Assembly: GCF_036365525.1 (NCBI RefSeq)
Contig: NC_090378.1
Span: forward strand, 120,079,593 to 120,143,592
DNA: 64,000 bases
Direction of reading: 5' to 3'
Source of the DNA: Heterodontus francisci
Taxonomy: Eukaryota
Shown here: piece after piece, positions 35,104-46,699 of the stretch
How the letters are laid out: each line of letters opens with the position of its first letter
How positions within the stretch are numbered: position 1 is the stretch's first letter
Translations under genes and position numbers: made by a program
Notes under the pieces: generated by a model
What the model was told of the DNA's origin: nothing
The model's input: only the letters and a program-made list of their open reading frames with translations
Databases searched by the model: none

Positions 35104-35342
35104 ATCAAATCTTATGCTAATGTGCTATTGATTGAGAGTTCAACCAGCCAATCATTAGAATCACTTGCTGAAATACAGCCAATCAACTGACAGGAATGTG
35201 GGACATTTCCAAAGTACTCCCGAGACATTTACTGAATATTCTTAATGTTTATTACCTTTTACAGATTTACATTTACAGTAAAAAGACTTGAATAAACAGC
35301 TCAGTGAGAGGAAGCTGGAGAAATTCACAGGGAGAATGAAGG

Positions 35343-35348
35343 TTTATT
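35343..35348 (-). promoter_or_regulatory. Probable polyadenylation signal of the Ig kappa C exon (a second AATAAA at 35248-35253)
   Basis: AATAAA on the minus strand, ~430 nt downstream of the C-exon stop codon. Confidence 0.6.
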
Positions 35349-35778
35349 AAAACAGTTGTGGAGACTTTCTCAATAACATGAGAATCCTGTCGCTTTAAAC
35401 AGAGACTAAACTTTAAATTGTAACTGCAGGGTGAGCAGGAAGGAGGTCTGGTTTACTGAAGCAGCGACTTCTGAGGTTCACATTATTTTAGCTCAGCTGA
35501 CAGTCTTCAGCATCTTAGAGAGGTTTTACTTGGCATCACGAGTCTACATTGTCCAATCAAACACTCCCAGGGCAGGTACAGTACGGGTTAGATACAGAGT
35601 AAAGCCCCCTCTACACTGTCCCAATTTAGTGCCTTAACCCCTGATCCTCAGAGGTGTCTCAGACCCAGTCACGAGAAGGAAGAGAGTTGAAATTCCGTGC
35701 TGACAATGACCTTTATCCTCCCAGCTCACCCCTGTTATATTTAAAGTTGTGTCTCCTCTGCGGACTGTCTCTAACATT

Positions 35779-36107
35779 CTACACACATTCTGATCTGCTC
35801 ACACTCTTACTGAGGGGAGAGGACAGGGTCTCGTGGGTGAGGGCACAGGAGAAGCGGGCGTTGGACTCCCAGTCAGAGCCAGAGAGGGTCAGCAGGCTGC
35901 TGACACTGTAGGTGCTGTCCGAAGCTCGCAGGTAATTGCTGGTCTGAACTCCGGCCGAAATGGCTGCACCGTCCTTCTTCCACTCCACCCCCACTTCATC
36001 GGGATAGAAGTGATCGGCAAGGCACACCAGGGTGGCAGTGCCCTTGGCCTTGACCTCCTCCGGCGAGGGGGGCATCAGGGTCAGTGTGGGTTGAGACTTC
36101 TCTCGGC
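35779..36107 (-). CDS. IGKC: Immunoglobulin light-chain constant exon, kappa type (shark type III/NS4-like), intact
   Basis: Acceptor TCTTCTCTTTCAG (AG at 36109-36108), phase 1. Reads (S)REKSQPTLTLMPPSPEEVKAKGTATLVCLADHFYPDEVGVEWKKDG...DSTYSVSSLLTLSGSDWESNARFSCALTHETLSSPLSKSVSRSECV*. Has C1-set Cys/Trp/Cys, FYP and the penultimate interchain Cys. From recall it closely resembles published shark kappa (type III) C regions. Confidence 0.96.
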
Positions 36108-36139
36108 CTGAAAGAGAAGAGAAAAACTGTTAATCACTG

Positions 36140-36380
36140 CATGTTTGTGTATTTCTGTGTTCTATTTGTATATTTTTTGCTCTCTGTATATATTTGTGTG
36201 TTTTATGTATATATTTGTGTCTTTTGTCGGTATATTTGTGTGTCCTCTGTATATATTTGTGTGTTTTATGTATTTATTTGTGTGTTCTGTCTGTACATTT
36301 GTGTATTCTCTGTGTATATTTGTGTGTTCTATGTGTATATTTATGTGTATGTTTCTGTGGGTGTTTCTGTGTTTGGATAT
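36140..36380. repeat. TG/TA-rich low-complexity degenerate tandem repeat beside the C-exon acceptor
   Basis: Repeated TATATTTGTGT-type units. Confidence 0.8.
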
Positions 36381-36569
36381 GTCACATCAGATAACAGACA
36401 GCTGAGTTAATGAACTACGGCTGGTGTTGAATCGTTAGAAATGAGCACCATCACTTCTTAATTTGCCTCGCTTGCTAGGTTTAGTCTAAAATACAAAGAC
36501 AGTGGATGGTTTGATGTTCAACTGGTTAAATTGTGTTCGACTGCTCTTGGAAGTATGATATGGTAGTTT

Positions 36570-37418
36570 TTTTTATTCATTCATGGGATGTGGGCGTCGC
36601 TGGCCAGGCCAGCATTTATTGCCCATCACTAATAGCCCTTGAGAAGGTGGTGGTGAGCTGCCTTCTTGAACTGCTGCAGTCCATGTGGGGTAGGTACACC
36701 CACAGTGCTGTTAGGCAGGGAGTTCCAGGATTTTGACCCAGTGACAGTGAAGGAACGGCGATATAGTTCCAAGTCAGGATGGTGTGTGGCTTGGAGGAGA
36801 ACTTGCAGGTGGTGGTGTTCCCATGCAACTGCTGGCCTTTCCTCCTAGGTGGCCAGCCTTTGACCTGCTCTTGTAGCCACAGTATTTACAGGGCTACTGC
36901 AGTTCAGGTTCTGGTCAATGGTAACCCTCAGGATGTTGATAGTGGGGGATTCAGCGATCGTAATGCCATTGAATGTCAAGGGGAGATGGTTAGATTCTTT
37001 CTTATTTGAGATAGTCATTGCCTTTCACTTGTGTGACGCGAATGTTACTTGTTACTTATCAGCCCAAGCGTGGACAGTGTCCAGGTTTTGCTGCATTTCT
37101 AGATAGTCTGTTTCCGTTTCTGTGGATTCGCGAATGGTGCTGAAGGTTGTGCAATCATCAGCGAACATCCGCTCTTCTGACCTTATGGTGGAGGGAAGGT
37201 CATTGATGAAGCAACTGAAGATGGTTGGGCCTAGGACACTATGCTGAGGAACTCCTGCAGTGACGTCCTGGAGCTGAGATGATTGACCTCCAACAACCAC
37301 AGCTATCTTCCTTTGTGCTAGGTATGACTCCAAACAGTCGAGAGATTTCCCCCTGATTCACACTGACTCTAGTTTTGCTCGGGCTCCTTGATTCCAGACT
37401 CAAATGCTGCCTTGATGA
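36570..37418 (-). mobile_element. CR1-group LINE fragment in the J-C intron
   Basis: AGVPQHSVLGPTIFSCFINDLP...MFADDCT; same family as 19755-20880. Confidence 0.85.
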
Positions 37419-40400
37419 CAGTTATTACTGAAATGAGTCTGAAAGAAGGGCAGGAATGGCAGCTCAATATTCCTGATACTGAGTTTCCCAACGGGATAGA
37501 GAGGGAGAGAAAAAAGGAGAAGGGTTTCACAATATTAGTCAAAAGAAAAAATCGCAGCTGTGAGGAGGGATGATATTCAAGCAGGATCATCGAATGAGGA
37601 CATCTGAATGAACGTAGGAACAAAAAAGGGGCAATCACATTGCTGCACTATATATAGACCAGGGGTCGGTAACCTTTATTACCTGAAGAGACTGTTTTCA
37701 AAAATATTACCTAAAATAAAAACTACTGGCAGTGTCAAGACCAAAATTCAGCATTTCTAAACCAAATACCTTCTAAATTGCCAAGTGTCTCTGGTAGAAT
37801 GCACACTTTGTATATATAATAAATAAAATACATGTATTGAATTTATGTATCAATAGAAAAAAAGTCAAAATCAGAATAGGTTTCACTCTGAATTATTGCA
37901 TTTTTTTGACTTGTTTTTGTATAATTTTGTCAGTAAAGTCAAAATTTTAAAAAAAAATTTAAATTCAGATGTGCAGAATTAAGACAATTTTTTCAGCTAT
38001 TGATTCTCGTAATAAAAAAGAAGTTTCTAATAGCAGAATAATTTATCATCTCAGTGATATTAGAAACAATAATGGTCACAAACATAAAAGCTGTTCCTCC
38101 AATGGAAGCTGTACCACTCAAACAAGTTCATTTAGACAATGATGATGCTTTTCATTTAAATAATCATTTGAAACTATAAAGTACAACATAATGATTAGCC
38201 TTTTATCCCCACAATAAAAACACAGTTTACTTTCCTTGACTGAATTTTTTCGGCCTTTTTCATGTTAATGTGATCCAACTGGAAAAGGTTGGCAGCTGTA
38301 AATGAGCTGTTAAAGAGTCACATGTGGCTCCGGAGCCGCAGGTTCCAGACTCCTGCTATAGACCCTCAAACAGTCAGAGGGAGAGAGAAGAGCAAATGTG
38401 TCGGCAAATTACTGAAAAGTGCAGAAACAACAGGCCAGTAATAGGAGGGGATTTCAACTTTCCAAATATTAACTGGGATAAATTCAGTATAAAAGGTACA
38501 GAGGGCGCAGAATTCCTAAAATACATTCGGGAGAACTTTTCTCATCAGTGGAAAGACCAACAAGAGAAGATACAGTTCTGGACTTAGTTTTCAGGAATGA
38601 ATCTGGGCAGGTGGAAGGGGATCAATGTGAGAGTGTTTTAGTGGCAGTGATTATAATTCAGTTAGATTTAGAGCAGTTATAGAAAAGGATAAAGATGGAC
38701 CAAGAGTAAATGTTTTAAACTGGGGAAAGGCCAATTTTACTAAGCTGAGATGTGATTTGTCAGAATTAGACTGGAAACAGCTACTTGAAGGTAAATCAGT
38801 GTCAGAGCAGTGGGAGGCATTCAAGGAGGAGATAGTGAGGGCTCAGAACAAACATGTTCCCACAAAGAAAAAGGGTGAGACTCCCAAATCTCCATTTACC
38901 GCAGATGGCAAAGAGCATACACAGTAGGATAAGGTACAAAAGGGAAACTTATATCGGATACTGAGATCTTGATACTGCAGAAAACCTGGAGAAGTGTAGA
39001 GAGTTCAGGGGTGAAATTGAAAAGGAAATTAGGGAAACAAAGAGAGGACATGAAAAAATATTAGCTAGTAAAATCAAGGAAAACCCAAAGATGTTTAATA
39101 AATACATAAAGAGCCGGAGAGTCACTAAGAAAAGAGCGGGGTAAATTGGAGTCCAAAAACCTAACCTGTGTGTGGAGGCGGAGGATGTGGACATGTTTCT
39201 GAATGAATACTTTGTGCCTTTTTTCACAGAGAGTGACAAAGCAGACATTGTCGTGAAGGAGGAGGAGTGTGAAATCTTGGATGGGATAAACTTAGTGAGG
39301 GAGGAAATATTAAGGTGTTTCACATCCTTGAAAATGGATAAATCACCAGGCCCAGGTGAAATGTATCCCAGGCTGCAAAGGAAGCAATGGGAGAAATAGC
39401 GGAGGCTCTGATCCTCATTTTCCAATTCTCTCTGGTTAAAGGCATGGTGCCTGAGGACTGGAGGACTGCTAATGTTGTACTGTTGTTTAAAAAGGAAAGA
39501 ATGGATGGACCAAGTAATTACAGATCAGTCAGCATAACCTCGGCAGTGGGAAAATTATTGGAAAAAGTTCTGAGAGACAGTAAAAACCATCATTTAGAGA
39601 AACACGGGATTAATTCAGGACAGTCAGCATGGATTTGTTAAGGGAAGTTTGTGTCTGACTAACGATTACATTTCATGAGGAGGTTACAAGGAGTGTCAAA
39701 GTGGGCGTCATGTTTGAAAGAGTCTACATGGATTTTAGCAAGGCCTTTGATAAGATCCCACATGGCAGACTGGTCAGAAAATTAAAAGCCCATGGGATCC
39801 AAGGAAAAGTGGGAAATTGGATCAAAAATTGAGTCAGTGACAGGAAGCAAAGTTTTATTGTCGGTGGGTGTTTTTGTGAGTGGAAAGCTGTTTTCAGTGG
39901 GGTTCTGCAGGGCTCAGTACTGGGTCCACTGCTGATTATAGTGTCTTTCAATGATTTAGATTTAAATGGAAGGGGTATTAAGAAGTTTGTAGATGATACA
40001 AAAATAGGCCTTGCGGTTGATAATGAGGAACAAGGCTGCAGACTGCAGGAAGATATCAATGGACTGGTCAGGTGGGCAGAAAAATAGCAAATGGAATTCA
40101 GTCCAGAGAAATGTGAGGTAATGCATTTGGGGAGGACAAACGAGGCAAAGGAATATCCAATAAATGGGATGATACTGAGAAGTGTAGAGGAACTGAGGGA
40201 CCTTGGAGTTCATGTCCACAGATCCCTGAAGGTAGCAGGACAGCTAGATAAGGTGGTTAAGAAGGCTTACGGGATGCTTGCCCTTATTCGCTGAGGCCTG
40301 GAGTATAAGGTTAAGGAGGTTATGCCAGAACTGTAGAAAACACTAGTTAGACCACAGCTAGAAAACTGTGTACAGTTCTGGTCACCACATTACAGGAAGG

Positions 40401-40910
40401 ATGTGATCAAACAAGAGGGGGTACAGAGGAGATTTACGAGGATGTTACCAGGAATGGAGAATTTTACCTATGAGGAAAGATAGGATCGGCTGGGATTGTT
40501 ATCTCTGGAACAGAGGAGACTGAGGGGAGATTTAATTGAGGTGTATAAAATTATGAGGGGCCTAGATAGAGTGGATAGGAAGGACCTACTTCCCGCAGCA
40601 GAGAGGTCAATAACCCAGCGGCATAGATTTAAATTAATTGGTGGAAGGATGAGAGGTGAATTGAGGAGTAATTTTTTCACCCAGAGGGTGTTGGGGGTCT
40701 GGAATTCACTGCCTGAAAGGGTGGTAGAGGCAGAAACTCTCATCACATTGAAAAAACACTTGGATATGCACTTGAGGTGCCGAAACCTACAGGGATATGG
40801 GAATAAGAGCTGGAAAGTGGAATTAGGTTTGTTAACTCATTTTCAGCTGGCATGGAAACCATGGGCCGAATGGCCTCATCTGCATTGTAAATCTTTCTAT
40901 GTTTCTCTGT
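37415..40910 (+). mobile_element. CR1 LINE ORF2 (EN + RT to 3' end), decayed, in the J-C intron
   Basis: VITEMSL, IGGDFNFPNINW, DKSPGPG, PEDWRTANV, NYRSVSITS, DFSKAFDKIPH, FVDDTK, FFTQRVLGVWNSLP. Confidence 0.9.
37660..38355. mobile_element. Non-autonomous hAT DNA transposon nested in the CR1
   Basis: TIRs CAGGGGTCGGTAACCT and (reverse complement) CAGGAGTCTGGAACCT; 8-bp TSD ATATAGAC (37652-37659) / CTATAGAC (38356-38363). Confidence 0.8.
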
Positions 40911-41344
40911 TTAAACGTCTCGAATGAAGGTTTGTCACCAATTCAGCACTGAAATGGTTAATAGTAAGAGTGTTTAAAGACTCAGTGTCCCTTTAAGACA
41001 CTGTTAACCTGACAGGAAGCTCGAACTGTAGATCAGTCTATCTGGAGGAAACAGGCTCAGTGTTAACAAATCTCAGATCACACACACATCCGGAGAACTT
41101 TCTCCGAGAACACTGGAGCAGACTTGTATCAACACATGTCAGAAAGGATTCATGTTGGGTGTCGGTGTGGAAGGTTTTCGATTTCATTTAAAACCTTCTT
41201 GTCCAACACTGGGGTGAGGTCAAGGGTGAGGTTATAATCAGTCTCAGTGTACTGGGGTCAGGCAGGGTCACTGCTCCAAATGATCCCATGACCCCTGGAA
41301 GGTGAGAGTGTGCGCGAGGGTCAGGATCAGGAGCCTCCAAACTC

Positions 41345-41750
41345 AAAGAAAGACTTGCATTTCTATAGTGCCTGTCACCACCTCAGGATGTCCCAAAGTG
41401 TTTTATGGCCAATTGTGCACAGCAAGATCCCAGACAGCTGAGTGATAATGAGCAGATAATCTGATTTTCAGTGCTGTTGGTTGAGTGATAAACATTGTCC
41501 AGAACACCGAGGAGAACTCCCCTGCTCTTCTAATAGCGCAGTGGGATCCTTTACATTCAACTGAGAGGGCAGACGTCAGTTTGTCTCAACTGAAAGACAG
41601 CACCTCTGACAATGCAGCACTCCCTCAATACTGCACTGCAGTGTCAGCCTGGATTATGTGCTCCAGTCTCTGGAGTGGGACCTGAAGCCACGACATTCTG
41701 ACTCAGAGGTGAGAGTGTTACCCACTGAGGCAACACTAACACCTCACAGT
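41345..41750. mobile_element. SINE-like interspersed repeat (a related partial copy at ~42145-42345)
   Basis: The two copies share AAGAAAGACTTGYATTT...CACCTCAGGA..TCCCAAAGT...TGCACAGCAAGATCCCA. Confidence 0.6.
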
Positions 41751-42346
41751 CGAATAGCCTGCCATTCTCAACCTCCCGGCTCACACTTGGAGGAATGAGG
41801 CCACTTGGGGAGGGTGGAGCTGTGCCCCAGCCAGAGATAGTGCCTTCAGGAGAGAGATGGAGAGCAGATTGTGGGAGACCTGTAGTCTAGAGGGGTGACA
41901 TTTAACCAGTCGATGGCAGGTGCTGAGCCCTTTCCCCGTAAGTATTATGTAAGTCGATGGGGAAAGTGGGAGGGGCACTAGAGTAACACCTTTGTTGCTG
42001 CTGAAACTCTTGCTATCTGCTCGGACATGTCTAATAAACACACAGACAAATCAGACAAACATTAGTCAGTTTTCTGTGGATTTTCTGCTGGGTTCAGCTT
42101 TAATTAACTGGGGTATTGTGGGAGCTCCCGGTTAATAAAAAGAGAAGAAAGACTTGTATTTATATCGAGTATTTCACACCTCAGGACCTCCCAAAGTCAT
42201 TTACAGACAATGAAGGACTTGTTTAAAGAGCAGTCACTGTTGGAATGTAGGAAATGTGGCAGACAATTTGTGCACAGCAAGATCCCACAAACAGCAATGA
42301 GGTAAATGAACATTTTTAGTGACGTCGGTTCAGAGATAAATATCAG

Positions 42347-43298
42347 TGTCATGCAGGCCCCCACCTGCCAAGAATGAGGCACATTAATTTCGCCATATGA
42401 ACACTGCTTTTTAATCTGTTGCTGGAGTAAAGAAAGAACTTGTTTTTAAAAAACAGCACCACGCCCTTGACTGGAAAGACATTGGCATAATAACAGACAG
42501 TACTTGGAAGGGACAAAAGACCATTTCCTGACAAATTCAATCCACAATGGACTTTTGATTACCAGACATTGAGGGTGGAGGAGCTCCCATTCCAGCTTGA
42601 CTGCTAAGATGGCCGACTACACCATCGGACATGGTCAGACCAGTTTAGTCACATGACTAACTGGCTGTTGTAGTTTTTTGAATTTGAACTTGCCACAGAG
42701 AATTTGAACTCAGAAAGCTGTTTGCTCCTGGACTGAAAAGACTTTTCAAGGCTGGCTTGCCACTGTCTCTCTCCCGTCGGCTTTCATCTCTCTCACCAGC
42801 TTCAGAAATCATTGAAGACATATGAACCGCAAGAGGGAAAAGTCTCCCACAGTGAACAAAGTTTAAGAAGAATACTGGGCCCCAATGAAAAGCAAGATCT
42901 ACCGACAAGCAAGGACTACAGTGAGCTCGAAGCACAGTAACAAAAACTCTCTTCAGAGATTGCCTCAAACCTCTGCACTTTATTTTTCTTCTGCTCTTTT
43001 CTGTCTCTATTTGCATGTGTGTATCGCATATGCATGCTAGCATGGGGCATGGCGTGTATCCGTACGCGTTAACTGAATTAGAGTTTTAGTTTAAGTTTTA
43101 ATAAATTTCACCTTTCTTCTTTAAACCTAAGAAAACCTGTTTGTGCTCATTTCTTTGCCTCACAATTGGAAAGCGGTGAACAAGGATTCACCGAGAAGGA
43201 GCTCAAAACACAGTGTGTTTCAAATTAAATCTTGTTACAGTAAGACCAGGTGAAGGCTGTGAAAGACCCCGAGAGACTTTCATCACCTGGTCAGAACA
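42347..43298 (+). mobile_element. Probable solo LTR in the J-C intron
   Basis: TG...CA termini (TGTCATG / CAGAACA); ~950 bp; internal AATAAA at ~43100; interrupts a SINE; TSD imperfect (ATCAG/ATCGA). Confidence 0.6.
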
Positions 43299-43835
43299 AT
43301 CGACCTGAACTCGACCCAAAGACAAAGCAACTGAGAGTTTCCCCAAAACCCTGGAACACTGAAGCCACTGGATTGGGAGCCCTGCTGTCACTGTTTGTCA
43401 TCAGAACTTTGACAAGAGATAAGCAGGGAGTGGACAGAACAGAGTTAAAGCTGGGGAAGGGGGGACCTTGGTGTCTCACTGTGCTGGTGCTGAGATCAGT
43501 TATATCAGAGACTGTGACAGAGACCCAGAGCTCACACTGAGACTGGCAGGAATCTAGTGAGGGATTTCACTCCATGGAGCAGGAATGTGACCACAGTCTG
43601 CAAACGTCCAGATCTCCTCTACACACTCGGTAAATGTTGGTTACTTATATCTTGCTGGTTAAAGGGGGAATGTAACTAAAGAAATACAGCTGGGCACCCT
43701 GTTATACACAGTGCTCTTCAATGAACCATTTCATTGACTGCAGCTCCTTTCTAGCACCTTCCACTATTCAGCATTTGTGTTTTAGAATGTTTCAGTATTT
43801 AAAGGATTAATAACGGAGGATTGAGGTTTACTTAC

Positions 43836-43870
43836 TCAGTCTGAGCTTGGTTCCTTTACCGAACGTTAAC
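43836..43870 (-). CDS. IGKJ: Immunoglobulin kappa-type J gene segment, unjoined germline configuration
   Basis: G TTA ACG TTC GGT AAA GGA ACC AAG CTC AGA CTG A|GTAAGT = LTFGKGTKLRL. FGxGT motif; the phase-1 donor splices in frame to the C exon (A+GC = Ser). Confidence 0.95.
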
Positions 43871-43909
43871 CATACTGACAGCTTCCAGTGCAGGGGCTGT
43901 ACAATATCC
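43871..43909 (+). promoter_or_regulatory. 23-bp-spacer recombination signal sequence of the J segment, with a non-canonical heptamer
   Basis: Heptamer CATACTG (43871-43877; consensus CACAGTG), 23-nt spacer (43878-43900), nonamer ACAATATCC (43901-43909; consensus ACAAAAACC). A 23-RSS at J is the kappa configuration. Confidence 0.9.
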
Positions 43910-43911
43910 TC

Positions 43912-44510
43912 TGCTCTCTGTTTCACTCACTCACTCTCACCCTCTCTCTGTCTTTCACTGTCACTGTGTCTTTCTCTCTGTCACTCTTTGCCTGTGTGTA
44001 TGTGTGTCTCTGTCTCTCACACTCTCTCTATATATATCTATTTGTCTCTGTCTCTATGTGTGCTTCTGTCTGTCTCTGTCTGTGTGTGTCGTTCACAGAG
44101 TGTTGCACTCTGTCTCTGCTACTTTGGGTTTCTCTCACATTCTGTCTCTCTCTCATTGTTTTCTCTCACTCTGTCTCTTTCACTCTCTCATTATGTCCCT
44201 CTCTCTCACTCCCTGTTACTCTGTCTCTGTCACACGCTCTCTCTCTCTCACACTCTCTCTCAATCTGTCTCTCTCTTTCTCTCACTCACTGTCTCTCTTT
44301 CTCACTCTCTCTCACTCTCTCTCTCTTTCTCACTCTCACTATCTCATTCAGTCTCACTCTGTCTCTATTTTTCTCCCTCTCGCTGTCTTTCTCTTTCTCT
44401 CTCTCTCACTCTCACACTTTGTCTCTCTTTCTCACTCTGTCTCTCTTTTTCTCCCTCTCACTCTCTCTCTCTTTCTCTCTCTCTCACTTTCTCTCTCTCT
44501 GTCTCTCACA
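43912..44510. repeat. CT-rich low-complexity tract upstream of J (continues around the gap, 45285-45575)
   Basis: (CT)n/(CTCA)n-rich sequence. Confidence 0.9.
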
Positions 44511-45325
44511 GACTGGGATGAATTCTCCCGGTGCCATGGAGACGGGGATCTCATTTGGAGGTTGGGCAGGACTGGGAAAAATACGACGAGCCGTGTCAAC
44601 ATGGCTCCCTGACACATTCCCGCCTCCGGGTTACTTTCCCATGGGTGTACTGGGAACCGGTCATCTGCTGGCTCCATGGAGATGGGCAGACAATTAGAGC
44701 AATGAAGTTCACATTTAGGGGCCATTTTTGAGCCGGTGCTGGTATTTTACCAACGTCGGAGCGGCCTCCCCACCCCCGAGTGTGGAGGCCGCCAGTTCAA
44801 TGGAGGAGCCCTCCCGGCAGCAGGCCAGGGGACCATCGGAGACGGAGACTCTATGTCCCAATGACAGAGCTACAGGGATGAAAAGCTGCAGTCCCGCCTG
44901 TGAATAATCCTGTGGAGGAGTTTCCTAACCCTAACCCTCTTCAACCTGATGGCCCAACTGGCTTCAGCCCTTTGTATTTTACTATTCCTCTGCAGGCAGC
45001 CGAGGGCATCTCCATGTTGAGGGGCCCTCACTCTCGCCTGCCTGTTTCAGCAGGGCCCACCTCTCCCGGTGGAGCTGCCAGCCTGACATCACTGTGGGCC
45101 CTCTGATTGGGCCTGCAGGCTCGGGAGCCTGACCGCCATCATTAATAGGACAGTGAGTGTGGAGGTGACCAATTAGGAGGCTGCCTCCCAGAAAGTTGCT
45201 CCGGCGAGTGCTGATGACATGGGCAGGCTCGGGACCCTCATACAGGCCAGACGTCAGAGTCCCAATGTCCACTGGGCCAACCAGCCATCTCTCTCTCTCA
45301 CGCTGTCCCTCTTGTGCTCTTTCCC

Positions 45326-45484
45326 NNNNNNNNNNNNNNNNNNNNNNNNNNNNNNNNNNNNNNNNNNNNNNNNNNNNNNNNNNNNNNNNNNNNNNNNNNN
45401 NNNNNNNNNNNNNNNNNNNNNNNNNNNNNNNNNNNNNNNNNNNNNNNNNNNNNNNNNNNNNNNNNNNNNNNNNNNNNNNNNNNN
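45326..45484. other. Assembly gap (159 N)
   Basis: Run of N flanked by CT-rich sequence. Confidence 1.
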
Positions 45485-45579
45485 CCCCCAATATCTCTCT
45501 TTCTGTCATTCTCTCTCTCCCACTGTCTCTGTTTCTCTCTCTCTCCTACTGTCTCTGCTTCACTCTCTCTCTCTGTTTG

Positions 45580-46270
45580 AATTCCATGCCGCCGTGCTTG
45601 GGAAAGTTGGGAATTCTACTTGTCGATGATAAATCTTCCAGCTGCTCTTCCCACCACATCAGATGGAAAAACCTGGAGCCACTCAATTCCTGGAAAATGA
45701 AAATCTCCCAGCAAACCGAGCTCACCTGCCTGTGCCCTGGAAAAAAGGGGAGGGGTGTTTCTGTAAATGTGATGTTTCTGTTGCTGACTCTGCTCTTCCT
45801 CATGGACCATTTGAAAACAGTGAGTTTCAGAGTCGGTGGATCATGTCTACATGGAGTGGGAGAGGTTGTGGCCCCTGTTCCATTATTTGAAGGGGCTGCT
45901 CCTCATCCTCTGGTTCTAATTCAGGCCCACACTCCTGATCTTTGGCCACCCAGTGCAGAGGAGACTGGGCAGGTTGGAGGCCCCTCCTCGTGGGTCTGCT
46001 CCTGGGCCTGGCCAAGGTGTCCATCCACAGGCCCGAGTTGGATGGGACCTGTGGGGGTGGTGGCACTGGCTGACAGTCTCTCTACCACAGCTTTGTCCCC
46101 ACCCGGGTGGCCCTGGAGAAGGAGCAGGGGGTGTCTGCTGGGTCACTTGAGGCCTTCAGGCTGCAGTGGGCACCACAGGGACAGGAGTGTGTAGTGGATA
46201 GTGAAAATAACATCAGGCTTTAATTTGTTCAGTTTGCTTTCTATTTATGATTTCAGTTTTATTCATTTCG
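45580..46270 (+). mobile_element. Decayed 3' fragment of a Tx1-clade LINE related to 24053-26860
   Basis: TATTTGAAGGGGCTGCTCCTCA...CTCCTGATCTTTGGCCACCC...GGTCTGCTCCTGGGCCTGGCCAAGGTG is shared with ~26393-26528. Confidence 0.75.
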
Positions 46271-46699
46271 ACACTTTTCTAAATTGGATTTTGATTGGTG
46301 AAAATTGTGTCAAGCAGATAGTCCAATCAGATGAGAAGAAACCTGTTTCCATAGTAACTGACCTGGGGTGTCTGACCAGGGGTGGGGGGTCAATAATAAT
46401 GATCAATAATTAGTCTGTGCTCATGAAGCGACTCCACCAGAACCCAGAGAGAATCGAATGAAGCAAAATGTCAAATCTCCAGAGCTGTGAGATTCTCACT
46501 GATGAAGACAGCAGCTCCTCGTCCTCTCTAAACTCCTCCATCCTTTCCCAATTCCTCACACCGTTCAGGGGAATGTTTCTGTCAACACTCTCATCGACAC
46601 ATGTGGCAGCACTGCACAAAACAGGAAATATTTCCCAGATATATAAGACAGGAGATTGAAGCAACTGTTTTAATACACCGTCTGCTTATTAGATAATAA

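Noticed and set aside
43209-43483. CACAGTG/CACTGTG heptamers in the J-C intron (~43209, ~43477)
   Set aside because: No correctly spaced nonamer and no adjacent J-like coding sequence; the first lies within the LTR.
43836-43909. Germline-joined VJ, as found in some shark light-chain clusters
   Set aside because: J is directly preceded by an RSS rather than V coding sequence, so it is unjoined.
43847-44697. Ser/Leu-rich ORFs over the CT tract (also 29941-30654)
   Set aside because: Low-complexity translation.
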